Assembly: GCA_938046735.1 (NCBI GenBank) | Contig: CALIXF010000003.1 | Coordinates: forward strand, 16,463-80,462 | DNA from: an uncultured Candidatus Saccharibacteria bacterium | GTDB taxonomy: Bacteria; Patescibacteriota; Saccharimonadia; Saccharimonadales; Saccharimonadaceae | Direction: 5' to 3' | DNA length: 64,000 bases | Shown: positions 17,888-28,294 of the stretch, piece after piece | Position numbering within the stretch: the stretch's first letter is position 1 | How the letters are laid out: the number at the start of each line of letters is the position of its first letter | Program-made: the position numbers and the translations under genes | The notes under the pieces: model-generated | The model's input: the letters and a program-made list of their open reading frames with translations, nothing else | The model's database searches: none | What the model was told of the DNA's origin: nothing

Positions 17888-19212
17888 TATTTGCGGCGTC
17901 CTTTCGCTTGTTTTTTATTAGTTTTTGCGACTTTGGTTTTGGCCTTTTGTTTGGTTGTTGACCTTTCTAATTCTTCAAGGATTGTAGTTTTTTTAACAAT
18001 ACGAATGGAACTGTCGTTGGAATTTGACGATACGACGGGGAAGGTTGACTTAGCTGTGCTAGCCTCAGACTTTGAAGACGATTTTGATTGTATGGATGAA
18101 GTGGATTCGTCAACGGAAATTTCTGTACTAGTCGGATATTTATAAGAAAGATTTGGAGTCTTTGACTCTGGTTTTTTATTTTTTTCAATGTTTTGAAGAG
18201 TGGGGTCGGGCGGACCGATTGGTGGGTGACTAGACTCGATTGATTCAGATGCTTGATCGGTGGATAGAAAATTATTCTTACTTGATGAGTCGAGAGTTTC
18301 TTGAGGTGTAAGGTTAAAATTACGGTAAGAGTCAGGGTTCTTGAATCCAACTTTTTGGATAGGACGGACGTGAATGGTGTGAATTTCAGGTTGTTCGATT
18401 TTTTCGGATTCTTGGGTATTAATTATGTCCTGAATAGACTCTGAGAGTTTTTTCGATTGAAAATTAACTTTTATACGTTCAGGAAGGTCTTCATCGGCAA
18501 CAGTTTTAATATCGGTGGCGATGCGACCGTCAAGCATGTGAATAACGCGAGTGGCATAAGATGTAAGATTTGGATTATGAGTAACCATAATGATGGTGTT
18601 GCCTTTTGAATGGATACGACGAAGTTCTTCCATGACAAGATGAGCGTTATGGCTATCAAGATTACCAGTGGGTTCGTCAGCAAGGATGATTTCTGGTGAA
18701 GAAACTAGAGCGCGGGCGATGGCAACGCGTTGTTTTTGACCTCCGGAAAGCTGATATGGATAATAATATTCACGTTGTTGCATATTGAGATAGGCAAGCA
18801 TTTCAGAAGATTTGATGAGGCGTTTGGTTTTGGACACGCCGGCGTAAAGTAGGGGGAGGGAAACGTTTTCAAGAATAGTCATTTTAGGGATAAGATTAAA
18901 ATCTTGAAAAATAAAGCCGATTTTTTGTGCACGAATATGAGCTTGATGTGATTTAGAAAATACCGTAGTGCGTTCGGAGTCGAGATAGTAGCTACCGGAA
19001 GTAGGAAAGTCAAGAAGTCCAATAATGTTTAATAATGTAGTCTTACCACAGCCGGAAGGGCCCATAATCATAATAAACTCGCCAGGCTTAACTTCAAGAT
19101 TAAAATCATTGAGTGCGAATGACTCAGCTTCACCGTAACCAAAGCTGCGTGTGATGTTCTTTAATTCAATTAAAAGTGAATTGTCTTTTCTAATATTACC
19201 CTTTTGACTCAT
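17887..19212 (-). CDS. ABC transporter ATP-binding protein (FtsE/MacB-type NBD) with a roughly 210-aa disordered S/T/K-rich C-terminal extension
   Basis: Walker A GPSGCGKTT, signature LSGGQKQRVAIARAL, Walker B ILADEPTGNLD; start placed at MSQKGN (19212) rather than the ORF-track 19314; long low-complexity tail ending in a KQAKGRRK basic patch. Confidence 0.8.
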   Translation of the reverse strand: MSQKGNIRKDNSLLIELKNITRSFGYGEAESFALNDFNLEVKPGEFIMIMGPSGCGKTTLLNIIGLLDFPTSGSYYLDSERTTVFSKSHQAHIRAQKIGFIFQDFNLIPKMTILENVSLPLLYAGVSKTKRLIKSSEMLAYLNMQQREYYYPYQLSGGQKQRVAIARALVSSPEIILADEPTGNLDSHNAHLVMEELRRIHSKGNTIIMVTHNPNLTSYATRVIHMLDGRIATDIKTVADEDLPERIKVNFQSKKLSESIQDIINTQESEKIEQPEIHTIHVRPIQKVGFKNPDSYRNFNLTPQETLDSSSKNNFLSTDQASESIESSHPPIGPPDPTLQNIEKNKKPESKTPNLSYKYPTSTEISVDESTSSIQSKSSSKSEASTAKSTFPVVSSNSNDSSIRIVKKTTILEELERSTTKQKAKTKVAKTNKKQAKGRRK

Positions 19213-19275
19213 TAATTTAATTATAGCATGCAAGAGAAAAACCAGTGATTTATGTGATAAAATTATTAAAGAAAA

Positions 19276-20724
19276 GTGGAGAAAAAATCGATGCCAAAAA
19301 GAAAAACAAAGCATTCGAGAAAAACGATAAAGAAACGAGTGGGGAAGAAGATTCTAGTGTCTGAAAAAAGCATGACCGAAGATGTTTTGGTAAAAAAAAT
19401 GGCGGAGAATAAACTCGAAAAGACCGAAATGGTTGATAAGAGTGAAAAAGAAGATGAGAGCTCGACGAAAACAGCAGAGGCTAAGCCAGATCAAACTGTG
19501 AAAGTTGAGCCAGAGCCTGTAGTTAAAAAGATTGTTCAAGAAAGAAATATTCAGGAGGAGTCAGCTGAAGAAAAGCGAAAGAAAGTAAACGCAATCCTGA
19601 AGTTTGAGAAAGAATTGGCCAAGGATAGGAAACGTTTAAAACGAAAAGTAAAAAAAGAAAAGACTAGTATTCCGCTTTGGACAAAGATTTTGATTGTAGT
19701 GCTAAGTTCAATTATTGTACTGATGGTTGCTGCTGCAATTTTTGGTTATATGCTATTGTCTCATACGGCAAATGTATTCAAGGGGAATCCGATGGATATT
19801 TTGATTGGTACAGAACTTGCAAAAGATGAAAATAATTTGACTAATGTGTTGATTTTTGGAACAAGTGAAGATGCTGAAGGGCATGGTGGTGGACTTTTGA
19901 CAGACTCGATCTTAGTTGCTTCAATTGACCAAGAAAAGAAAACTTCAAAGATTTTTAGTATTCCGAGAGATCTTTGGGTGAATTACGCGGTACCGGGTGG
20001 GGAAACAATGAATTGTGTGGTGGGAACACAGGGCAAGATTAATGCCACTTATATGTGCGCGCTAGGTGAATATAAAAATAATAAAGATCGGGCTTCAAGA
20101 TATTTTGCAAAGAAAGTTTCAGAAATTACAGGGCTGAACTTGCAATATTATATTTCGTTAGATTGGAATGCATTAAAAACTGTGGTAGATGAACTGGGGG
20201 GAATCGATGTGGATGTTTATGCAGATGATGAGTCGGGAATTCATGATTCTTGCCAGCATTTGGATCTTGCTAAGGGGATGAATTATGGTTTAAACGGTAG
20301 TACGGCGTTGAAGCTAGCCAGGGCACGTAATGCTGGGTGTGACGAAGGTGGAGATTTTGGTTTATCACGTAGCAACTTTGATCGTGAGATTAATCAGCAG
20401 AGAATTTTTAGTGCAATCAAAAATAAGGCATTTTCTATTGGAATATTAACGAAACCAACTAAAGTGATTAGATTGATTGATTCATTGGGAGATAACGTGA
20501 AGACAAATATTACGATGGCAGAAGTGCGTACTTTGATTGATATTGCTACGCATTTGGAAGAGGAAGTAGAATCGGTATCAACAGTGGATCAGTTCGGCGT
20601 GGGAAGAATTGGAATACAGAGTGTGGTTTTGCCACGAGGGGCCTCAACTTATAATGAAAGTTCAATGTTCAGCTATGGTGATTTTCAAAGATATTTGAGA
20701 AAAAAATTAATTAAAGTTGAATAA
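19276..20724 (+). CDS. LytR-CpsA-Psr (LCP) family cell-envelope polymer transferase with a lysine-rich cytoplasmic N-terminus and one TM
   Basis: 482 aa; LCP core (NVLIFGTSED...TDSILVASID...IPRDLWVNY). Confidence 0.8.
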   Translation: MEKKSMPKRKTKHSRKTIKKRVGKKILVSEKSMTEDVLVKKMAENKLEKTEMVDKSEKEDESSTKTAEAKPDQTVKVEPEPVVKKIVQERNIQEESAEEKRKKVNAILKFEKELAKDRKRLKRKVKKEKTSIPLWTKILIVVLSSIIVLMVAAAIFGYMLLSHTANVFKGNPMDILIGTELAKDENNLTNVLIFGTSEDAEGHGGGLLTDSILVASIDQEKKTSKIFSIPRDLWVNYAVPGGETMNCVVGTQGKINATYMCALGEYKNNKDRASRYFAKKVSEITGLNLQYYISLDWNALKTVVDELGGIDVDVYADDESGIHDSCQHLDLAKGMNYGLNGSTALKLARARNAGCDEGGDFGLSRSNFDREINQQRIFSAIKNKAFSIGILTKPTKVIRLIDSLGDNVKTNITMAEVRTLIDIATHLEEEVESVSTVDQFGVGRIGIQSVVLPRGASTYNESSMFSYGDFQRYLRKKLIKVE

Positions 20725-20835
20725 AATAATTGTGCAGGATTATAAGATACTGTTTTTAGTATTTTGTGGTCCTCGAACCCTCACTTCTTTTTACGGAGAA
20801 ATAAAAATAACTCTACCGAGTTATTTTTCACTTCC

Positions 20836-20924
20836 TGGCGGAAGCGAGAGGATTCGAACCTCCGATACATTGCTGTATACACGCGTTCCAGGCGTGCTCC
20901 TTCAACCACTCGGACACGCTTCCG
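20836..20924 (-). tRNA. tRNA-Ser (anticodon GGA), class II
   Basis: Reverse complement gives GGAAGCG acceptor, anticodon stem CACGC/GCGTG with loop CTGGAAC, long variable arm, T-loop GGTTCGAATCC, CCA. Confidence 0.85.
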
Positions 20925-20963
20925 TCTTGAACGATTATAACAGATAAAATGTAAAAATTAAAA

Positions 20964-22127
20964 TTAACAATTGGTTTGACGTTGTTTTTTGGAAATTAAA
21001 TAATTAAGAACAATAAAGAGCAGTGAGAAAAAAAGTAACATTAGAAAATTTGGTAAGACTGCTGAAATTGAGTCAAGATTTAGATTTTTTACTGATTCAA
21101 TTTTTGAATTAGCATTAATATACCAATACGAAGGAAGAACGTGGGCAATATTTAAAACCAGGGGTGGGAGGAATGATGCAGAAATGAAGGCACCAGAGAG
21201 GAAGGCCGAACCGAGTGAAATTAGATTAACAATACCTGAGACTGCATCTCTTGAAATTACGATGGTGGAGATGAGTTCGGCTAGTGTGAGACAGCAAATG
21301 GCGAAGAGAAGAGTGTTTGACAAGTATAAAACGAGGAGAGGGGTGAAAATAATGTTGCCGAGAACAAAGTAACTAATAGATGAGATGAAAATAAAGAAGA
21401 GAAAAGAAAAGATTGAATTAGCAAGGAGTAGATATAGATTATATTTTTTTAGATGAAGACTTGAAACTAAAGTGCGTTTTTTGATCTCAGTTTTATTGAA
21501 AGTAGCGTTAATAAGACAGGTGATATAGAGAATAATTGCCATGATTGTGTAGCTGGCGGCGTTAAAATAAGCGGAAATTTTTCTTAAATTAGTTATATTA
21601 TTAGTCGTTAGATGAACTTCTGGTGAAACGGCTAGTTTTTGATTAATAGAATTAATTAGGGAATTAATTTGCTGATGACTAGGATTTTGAGTATGCAAGA
21701 GATTGGTCTCTGATTTTTGAAGTTCAAAATAGCGTGAAATAAGATTTTTAGCTAATTCGGCTGAATAATTTCCCGAGGTACGGTAATCGAGAGTGATTTT
21801 TTGACCAGAAAGAATCTGTGTTTCAAGATTTTCAGGCAGAAAAACAACTAGGCTAGTTCTTTGATAGAAAAGCGCATCAGTGATTTGTGATTCATCGAGT
21901 TTAACTAACTCTGCTGTTTGACTTAGATAATTAAGAAAATTATTGGTAAGCGGTTGATGTGTGGTTTTGTCTACGATGGTGATTTCTGGTTTTTCATCAG
22001 TGAATGTTGTTTGATTAGAATTTGATCTTAAGTTGAGGATTGAAATAGAGGTGAGTATGACTACATAGAGAGCGACAATCCACCAGTATCTTTTCATAAT
22101 TCGCCAAAAAGTTTTGAAAATAATCAT
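20964..22127 (-). CDS. ABC-2 family transporter permease
   Basis: 387 aa; N-terminal TM, extracytoplasmic domain, 5-6 C-terminal TM helices; same operon as the ATPase at 23413-24174. Confidence 0.7.
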   Translation of the reverse strand: MIIFKTFWRIMKRYWWIVALYVVILTSISILNLRSNSNQTTFTDEKPEITIVDKTTHQPLTNNFLNYLSQTAELVKLDESQITDALFYQRTSLVVFLPENLETQILSGQKITLDYRTSGNYSAELAKNLISRYFELQKSETNLLHTQNPSHQQINSLINSINQKLAVSPEVHLTTNNITNLRKISAYFNAASYTIMAIILYITCLINATFNKTEIKKRTLVSSLHLKKYNLYLLLANSIFSFLFFIFISSISYFVLGNIIFTPLLVLYLSNTLLFAICCLTLAELISTIVISRDAVSGIVNLISLGSAFLSGAFISASFLPPLVLNIAHVLPSYWYINANSKIESVKNLNLDSISAVLPNFLMLLFFSLLFIVLNYLISKKQRQTNC

Positions 22128-22136
22128 AGAACTCCT

Positions 22137-23420
22137 TTATAGCTGTGCATATTTTTGTTTCCTGATGACAATAACGGAAATAATAAGACAGAAAGCTGAA
22201 AAAAGGATGAGACTGATAATATTGAAGTTATAGCGGTTGAGATTATCATAAATTTGTAATGAATAAAGACCGTCTACAATCATATTGGCTGGATTTAAAT
22301 GATTGATGAGGGGAAAATTGGTATCAACAAGATATTTAATCGATGGCCCCATCATGCCGGACAGGAAACAGCAGAAAAGTTGGAAAAAGGTAGTAAGATT
22401 AATTTTGATTTCATAACTAGTTTTAATGAGAGAGCCAATGAGTAGACCAAAAGAGATTCCTGCGATAGAACCAAGAATCGAGATGAAGATAATTTCGGGA
22501 AGATTTCGTCCATAATCGACTTTGAGTATGAAGATATTAAAACTGAAAATCAAACAGAGAAGAATGAGGTGTGTAATAAATGCACTAAGCATACTACTAA
22601 GAACTAAGGTGCGTTTCTTGGCTGGGGAAACTGAAATGCGTTTGCCGTGTTCACTCATATTGGCGAGGATGGAACTGATGAGAAAGATGGAGAAATAAGC
22701 ACTGGAGAAACAGGACATGGCGATAAGAGTAAAGTATTCGATGATTGTATAATCTAATTTTTTTGAGGATACAGAGTTGAATGAAAGAATATTTTGATTT
22801 AGTTCTTTGATTTTAGAATCGATACTTTGGTCAATTTGTTGGGTAATTTGTGACTCGATTTGTTTATAATCTACTTTATTTGGGTTTTTAATGCTTTGCT
22901 TTATTTGTTGTGTAATTTGTGGTCGAATCTCAGAGAGGAGATTATTGTAGAGAGTGCGTTTATCGAGAAGCTCTTCAATGATCTTTTTGAGAATCGTTTC
23001 TCTAATACCGGTTGATTTAAATTTAAGAATTGGTTGTAGATTTTTGATCTCTATAGTACCGATGACTTGTTTATTCTCCAAAAGAGCGTCGGCTTCTTTT
23101 ACTGTATTGACATATGAGATTTGTAGAAGTTTTTGTGGATTTGTAGTATCTTTCTCGGTATCAATAGTGCTACTACCGAGGTTGATTTTTTCTAGTTTTG
23201 AGATTACATGCGAAAAATATTGATCTTTTTGATATTCATCATTTTTAATAACAGCAACATTTAGCGTGGAGAAAGTTTCAGTGTTATAGACATTGGAAAA
23301 AGTTAGTCGGAAAAAAATACTCATAGCGATAATGAAAATAAAATTCCAGAAGAGAAGAGGTTTGTTATGTGTAAGAATTTTAAAATTATATTTTAAATTA
23401 TGAAGAAACATTTTAATCAT
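22137..23420 (-). CDS. ABC-2 family transporter permease (second subunit)
   Basis: 427 aa; same topology; 8-nt overlap with the upstream ATPase gene. Confidence 0.7.
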   Translation of the reverse strand: MIKMFLHNLKYNFKILTHNKPLLFWNFIFIIAMSIFFRLTFSNVYNTETFSTLNVAVIKNDEYQKDQYFSHVISKLEKINLGSSTIDTEKDTTNPQKLLQISYVNTVKEADALLENKQVIGTIEIKNLQPILKFKSTGIRETILKKIIEELLDKRTLYNNLLSEIRPQITQQIKQSIKNPNKVDYKQIESQITQQIDQSIDSKIKELNQNILSFNSVSSKKLDYTIIEYFTLIAMSCFSSAYFSIFLISSILANMSEHGKRISVSPAKKRTLVLSSMLSAFITHLILLCLIFSFNIFILKVDYGRNLPEIIFISILGSIAGISFGLLIGSLIKTSYEIKINLTTFFQLFCCFLSGMMGPSIKYLVDTNFPLINHLNPANMIVDGLYSLQIYDNLNRYNFNIISLILFSAFCLIISVIVIRKQKYAQL

Positions 23421-24174
23421 CTCGTAGATCTTTACCGGTTAATTCTAGAAAAACATCATTGAGAGTTGGACCTGTCACGATCTTGGTCTGATTTTTGGCC
23501 AATTTTTTTAATTCATCGACAGTGCCTTTTGCGATGATTTTACCATTATCAAGAATAATGATGCGATCACAGAGCTCTTCGACTTCTTCCATGTAATGGG
23601 TAGTATAGATAACGGTGGCACCTTGGTTACGGAGTTTTTTGATGTCATTTAAAATATTATTGCGACTCTGAGGATCGACGGCGACGGTCGGTTCATCAAG
23701 AAAAATTAATTCAGGTTTATGAGCGATGCCACAGGCGATATTAAGGCGACGAAGTAAGCCGCCAGAGAGTTGTTTTGGACGATATTTTTGAAATTTTTCA
23801 AGGCTAACTAACTTGAGTGCGTCGGTGATATATTGCTTACGTGTGTTTTTATCTGAAATATATAGACCACAAAAATAATCAATATTTTCATAGACGGTGA
23901 GTTCATTAAAAACGGCAACTTCCTGAAAGATAACACCGATTTTTTGCTTAATGTCATAGGCACTGGGGCGCATGGTTTCGCCGAAGATTTTGATTTGACC
24001 TGAATCAAATTGAAGAAGGGAAAGAATACAATTAATTGTGGTGGTTTTACCGGATCCGTTGGGACCGAGAAGACCTAGGATTTCACCTTTTTTGACGTCG
24101 AAACTGAGATCGTTGACAGCATAATTATTTTTATATTTTTTAACAAGATTTTGAACTGAAACCACGGTATCCAT
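23413..24174 (-). CDS. ABC transporter ATP-binding protein (ABC-2/DrrA-like)
   Basis: 253 aa; Walker A GPNGSGKTT, signature LSGGLLRRL, Walker B IFLDEPT. Confidence 0.9.
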   Translation of the reverse strand: MDTVVSVQNLVKKYKNNYAVNDLSFDVKKGEILGLLGPNGSGKTTTINCILSLLQFDSGQIKIFGETMRPSAYDIKQKIGVIFQEVAVFNELTVYENIDYFCGLYISDKNTRKQYITDALKLVSLEKFQKYRPKQLSGGLLRRLNIACGIAHKPELIFLDEPTVAVDPQSRNNILNDIKKLRNQGATVIYTTHYMEEVEELCDRIIILDNGKIIAKGTVDELKKLAKNQTKIVTGPTLNDVFLELTGKDLRDD

Positions 24175-24221
24175 GGCTATATTTTAACAGAAAATTTGAA
24201 ATTGGATTTTAGAAAAATATT

Positions 24222-25136
24222 TTATCCAACAATATGAATACTAGAATATAATCTGTTTATATCTTTGAGAGATATTTTTTCCCAATATTTATCCGTAACA
24301 ATGAAGCCACTTGAAGTAAGTAGTTCTTCGTTTGTGAGAAGCTGCGATTTAAGCTGGATTTTTGATAAGAGTTTTTCTGAAAACTTTAATTGTTTGATTT
24401 TTGATAACTGGTTATTTAAATAGTTTGTTAAGGTTTTTATATTAATTTGGGATTGATTGGAAGTGCGAAGTTGTAATTTGAGGCCAATATATGTTGGGTC
24501 GCATTGATAATCTGACCATTGTTCGTGATAAACATAGCTTGTAAAATTTGGCATCGTGTAAATATAAGATTCTAAGATATTGGAAAGAGCATTTAAGACT
24601 ATCGAGGCCAATGGTTTTAGGAAGTCATCTGTTAGATTAATTTCTAAAATAATGTCTAAATCTATAAGATTATGGTTAATTTTATTGGATAATGAAAAAT
24701 ATGGAGTCTTAAGAGTACATGATGCTGGGCTGATTGGGGCTGTAATAAAATGTTGTAAAGAAGGTTGTTGATGTAGGTTGATGAGTTCTTGAGTGGTTCT
24801 TCCTATATCGTAAGAGGGGTTGCGCTTTTTGTTGTAACTGGTTCGTAGAATGGCTCGGAGAACGTCTGATTGCTTGATTAAAAAATTCTTTATGATTTCT
24901 GAAAAATTTAAATTAAACGACGAAGAAAAAATAATGATACCATCGTAGCTGTCTGCACTATATTCTCCATCAAGATAATTTAATAGATTGTTGTTTTGCA
25001 AAAAAATGTAAAAATATTCACTTATAAGATGTAAGTATAAATTTCCTAAAAGTCGATTGTTAGCTTGTTTGATTAAAGTATTCATATTTAATAGAGACCC
25101 GCAATTATGTGAGCCAAATTGGTTAACAATTTCCAT
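24222..25136 (-). CDS. hypothetical protein (304 aa, N/L/S-rich, no TM), first gene of the ABC-2 exporter operon
   Basis: Long ORF in an AT-rich segment; no recognisable motifs; a 9-bp inverted repeat (ATAAGAAAT...ATTTCTTAT) lies in its 5' leader at about 25155-25190. Confidence 0.5.
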   Translation of the reverse strand: MEIVNQFGSHNCGSLLNMNTLIKQANNRLLGNLYLHLISEYFYIFLQNNNLLNYLDGEYSADSYDGIIIFSSSFNLNFSEIIKNFLIKQSDVLRAILRTSYNKKRNPSYDIGRTTQELINLHQQPSLQHFITAPISPASCTLKTPYFSLSNKINHNLIDLDIILEINLTDDFLKPLASIVLNALSNILESYIYTMPNFTSYVYHEQWSDYQCDPTYIGLKLQLRTSNQSQINIKTLTNYLNNQLSKIKQLKFSEKLLSKIQLKSQLLTNEELLTSSGFIVTDKYWEKISLKDINRLYSSIHIVG

Positions 25137-25362
25137 AATTACTTTCTAACGAATCTTACAGAAATAAGAAATAGATCTGCATGATTTCTTATATGTTATA
25201 CTAATGTTTTTGTCAATATTCTTATGTCGGCTGGTTCGCTTAAACAATTCAGGAATGGATCAAGAAAAATTAGGGCATAAAGAATTTAACATTGTGGACA
25301 AGGATAGGAATATGGATTAACAGAATATATCTAAAGAAGATATTTAGGAGTATGATAGAAAC

Positions 25363-26097
25363 ATGATAGAATATGATCCAGAACGAAAAACAGTCTTTGG
25401 TCCGTGTGATCTAAAGCTAGATGGTAAGCCACGTGGGTGTCTTTTAATTTTTGATGATGAGATTTGGGAAGATTACGTCCTGCCAAATAAGAATTTCGAG
25501 ACTTTTCCAGTCACGAATGCTTTTGGCAGAACTTTTGATACTTATCGTTATATAAAAACAGACGGAGAAAAAGTCTTATTAGTCTACCCCACAACAGGTT
25601 CAGCCGGTAGTGTTTGTGATATGGAATTACTAATTGCTAGCGGTATTGAAAAATTTGTTGCTTTTGGTACTTGTGGACGGCTAGATAAAAATATTGCTAA
25701 AAATACAATCATCTTACCAACTGCTGCTTATCGTGAAGAGGGCACAAGTTATCATTATTTACCAGATTCTAATAAGATTGATGTAGATGAATCAGTTCTG
25801 AAGATAACAAAAACACTTTTCGATGAGGAAGGTTTTACTACTTTAGAAGGTAAAATTTGGACAACTGATGCTGTTTATCGTGAAACTTTTGGTAAGGTTA
25901 AATTAATGAAAGAACGTGGTTGTGTTGGCGTTGATATGGAGTTGTCTGCATTGCTTGCTCTTGCTCAGTACCGAGATGTTAAGTTTATTGAATTTTTAAT
26001 TGGTGAAGATACGGTAGATGGTGAGACGAAAAAACCACTCGAACGCAATAATGAAAAAATCTTTAGCGCGGCTATTGAATTATTAAAAAGAATTTAA
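25363..26097 (+). CDS. nucleoside phosphorylase, PNP/UDP family (uridine-phosphorylase-like)
   Basis: 244 aa; TTGSAGSVCDMELLIASGIEKFVAFGTCGRL and GVDMELSAL resemble uridine phosphorylase/MTA nucleosidase motifs. Confidence 0.65.
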   Translation: MIEYDPERKTVFGPCDLKLDGKPRGCLLIFDDEIWEDYVLPNKNFETFPVTNAFGRTFDTYRYIKTDGEKVLLVYPTTGSAGSVCDMELLIASGIEKFVAFGTCGRLDKNIAKNTIILPTAAYREEGTSYHYLPDSNKIDVDESVLKITKTLFDEEGFTTLEGKIWTTDAVYRETFGKVKLMKERGCVGVDMELSALLALAQYRDVKFIEFLIGEDTVDGETKKPLERNNEKIFSAAIELLKRI

Positions 26098-26263
26098 GAA
26101 AAGGAAAACAATGTATTTGTGCTAACATTCTAAACACCTACTAGATGTTTCTACAGAAAGATACCATAGATATCATATATAGTATTGCATTTTTGTTAAT
26201 ATTCACGTTAAGGTTTGAGGTCTCAACGGTTGGGTTTTATTTAAATACGGTATAATTATTCTA

Positions 26264-26914
26264 ATGAATAAGGTGAATATATTACTTACCGAAGCTAATG
26301 GTAATCTCTCTAATGAAAAAGAGATGATTGAAAATGCCATAAAAATGGCAGAAGAATATGCATTTTCAAAACTTAATATTGATTGGGATATTGATGTTCT
26401 AGTAACTAACCGCTTATACGATATCATTATTCCGGAAGATGGAGTCGGCGGGCGTACTAGGACTTCCGATTTTATTGAATTTGCCATCAATGAAGAAAAA
26501 GCAACCAAAAACCTGATTTCCGAAATGGTGGCGCATGAACTTTGCCACGCCGCTCGCTGGGGCAAAAATGATGAGTGGATTAACTCTTTGTTCGATGGCA
26601 TGATTAGCGAGGGTATTGCAACTTATCTTGAAGCAGAGTTTGTCAAAGATCGAGAAGAAAAAACATTTTTTATCAAAACAATTCTTGAACGAACAGATGA
26701 AAAGAATAAAAAGATTCTTGAAGAGCTTCGCGACCAATTAGATTCCAATCATTACGATTACGATACTATATTCTTTAATGGTAATGATAAACTATCACGC
26801 TGGTCGGGTTATTCCTTAGGCTACTATCTTGTAAAGAAATATCTCGAGAAAACTGGTAAGAAAATCGAAGAAGCGTTTGCTGATAAATATGCAGATTTCA
26901 GAATTATTTTGTAA
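26264..26914 (+). CDS. putative zinc metalloprotease-like protein (HExxH), DUF2268-like
   Basis: 216 aa; HELCHAARWG motif. Confidence 0.45.
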   Translation: MNKVNILLTEANGNLSNEKEMIENAIKMAEEYAFSKLNIDWDIDVLVTNRLYDIIIPEDGVGGRTRTSDFIEFAINEEKATKNLISEMVAHELCHAARWGKNDEWINSLFDGMISEGIATYLEAEFVKDREEKTFFIKTILERTDEKNKKILEELRDQLDSNHYDYDTIFFNGNDKLSRWSGYSLGYYLVKKYLEKTGKKIEEAFADKYADFRIIL

Positions 26915-26954
26915 ATTGTTGCTAAAAATAGATTTTAAAGTCTAAAAGGAGAAA

Positions 26955-27542
26955 ATGGATAAACTTACATATAAATATTATAGAAAGAATGGCGGAGAAA
27001 AGGCGTATATTGTTATACATGGTAGTGGTCCAGTTGGCGTGGAGACTGGTTTTATTACATCTATTTTTGATGCTATTGCAATGACAAAGAATAGTGTCAT
27101 TTGTTTTAATTTCCCCTATTGTGATCGCGGAGAAAATAATTCGAGCGGAGCAGAACTAAAAGAAGAAGTGACCTCTCTAAAATGCGTGGTAGATTTTATC
27201 CGTTCTGAGGGATATAAAAATATAGGGATTATAGCGAAATCACTCGGCGGTATTGTTACTAGTTATTACCTAGAGCGATATCCAGATAACAAAATAGATT
27301 TAGCAATTCTTGGTTATATACCTGATGATATTGAGCGAGCTGTGATTAAAAATAATCTAAAACTTGTTATTCAAGGAGAGAATGATCGTTTTGCATCACC
27401 ATCCGAAATTGAAAAAATTGTTAGTAATTCAGCTAAGGTTGTTGAGATCAAAAATGCAGATCATAGTTATAGAAATGATAAAAAAGAACCTATATACCAG
27501 AATCTTGCAATAGAGAAACTAATCGAATGGATTGAAAAATAA
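26955..27542 (+). CDS. alpha/beta-hydrolase fold protein (dienelactone-hydrolase/esterase-like)
   Basis: 195 aa; nucleophile elbow GIIAKSLGG (GxSxG) and a C-terminal His. Confidence 0.65.
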   Translation: MDKLTYKYYRKNGGEKAYIVIHGSGPVGVETGFITSIFDAIAMTKNSVICFNFPYCDRGENNSSGAELKEEVTSLKCVVDFIRSEGYKNIGIIAKSLGGIVTSYYLERYPDNKIDLAILGYIPDDIERAVIKNNLKLVIQGENDRFASPSEIEKIVSNSAKVVEIKNADHSYRNDKKEPIYQNLAIEKLIEWIEK

Positions 27543-27613
27543 CTTCAATAAACCTAGCAAATAAGTACGAGGTTATTAGAGAAGTGAATTAAGAAGATAG
27601 TATACTAGAAATA

Positions 27614-28294
27614 ATGCAACGAATTTTATTAGTTGAGGATGAAAGAACTGCAAGAGAGGGGGTGCGAGATTTTTTGTCTTCCAGAGGATATTCAGTGACG
27701 GAGGCTGTAGATGGGGAAGAAGCAGTAAAAAAATTTTGTGATTCTTCGCAGGGTGCGTTTGATTTGGTAATTTTGGATGTGATGTTGCCAAAAATGAATG
27801 GAATTTTGGTTTTGAAGGAAATTAGAAGAATAAGCAAAACACCAGTTTTGATGTTGACGGCGCTGAGTGATGAGGGTACACAACTAGCTAGTTTTGACAA
27901 TTTGGCGGATGATTATTTATGTAAACCATTTTCTCTATTAATTTTGGAGAAAAGGATTGAAGCATTACTACGTCGGACAAAAGCTAAAGAAGAAAAAGCA
28001 GAGAATTCCAAGTGGGTGCGAGGGGATGTAGTGGTGGATTTCTTAGAATATAAGGGATATCTTCATGGATCTGATGTGGATTTAAAACCAAAGGAAGTTG
28101 AACTATTAAAGATGTTGGTAGAAAATCCAAAAATAGTGTTGAGGCGTGAACAAATTTTGGAAGAATTATGGGACGATGATTTTCCATATGATCGTGTAGT
28201 GGATGTTTATATAAAAAACTTACGAAAAAAATTGGAAATAAATTGTATCGAGACTGTGAAAGGGGTGGGATATTGTTATGATGATGAAAAATAA
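27614..28294 (+). CDS. OmpR-family two-component response regulator
   Basis: 226 aa; receiver domain (LVEDE...DLVILDVMLPKMNG...K) plus winged-helix trans_reg_C. Confidence 0.9.
   Translation: MQRILLVEDERTAREGVRDFLSSRGYSVTEAVDGEEAVKKFCDSSQGAFDLVILDVMLPKMNGILVLKEIRRISKTPVLMLTALSDEGTQLASFDNLADDYLCKPFSLLILEKRIEALLRRTKAKEEKAENSKWVRGDVVVDFLEYKGYLHGSDVDLKPKEVELLKMLVENPKIVLRREQILEELWDDDFPYDRVVDVYIKNLRKKLEINCIETVKGVGYCYDDEK

Noticed and set aside
17887-19314. Longer ORF-track start for the ABC ATPase (MLCFSFWHRFF...)
   Set aside because: The extra 34 codons are hydrophobic junk upstream of an internal ATG (MSQKGN) that directly precedes the Walker A region. The extension would also overlap the divergent LCP gene promoter region.
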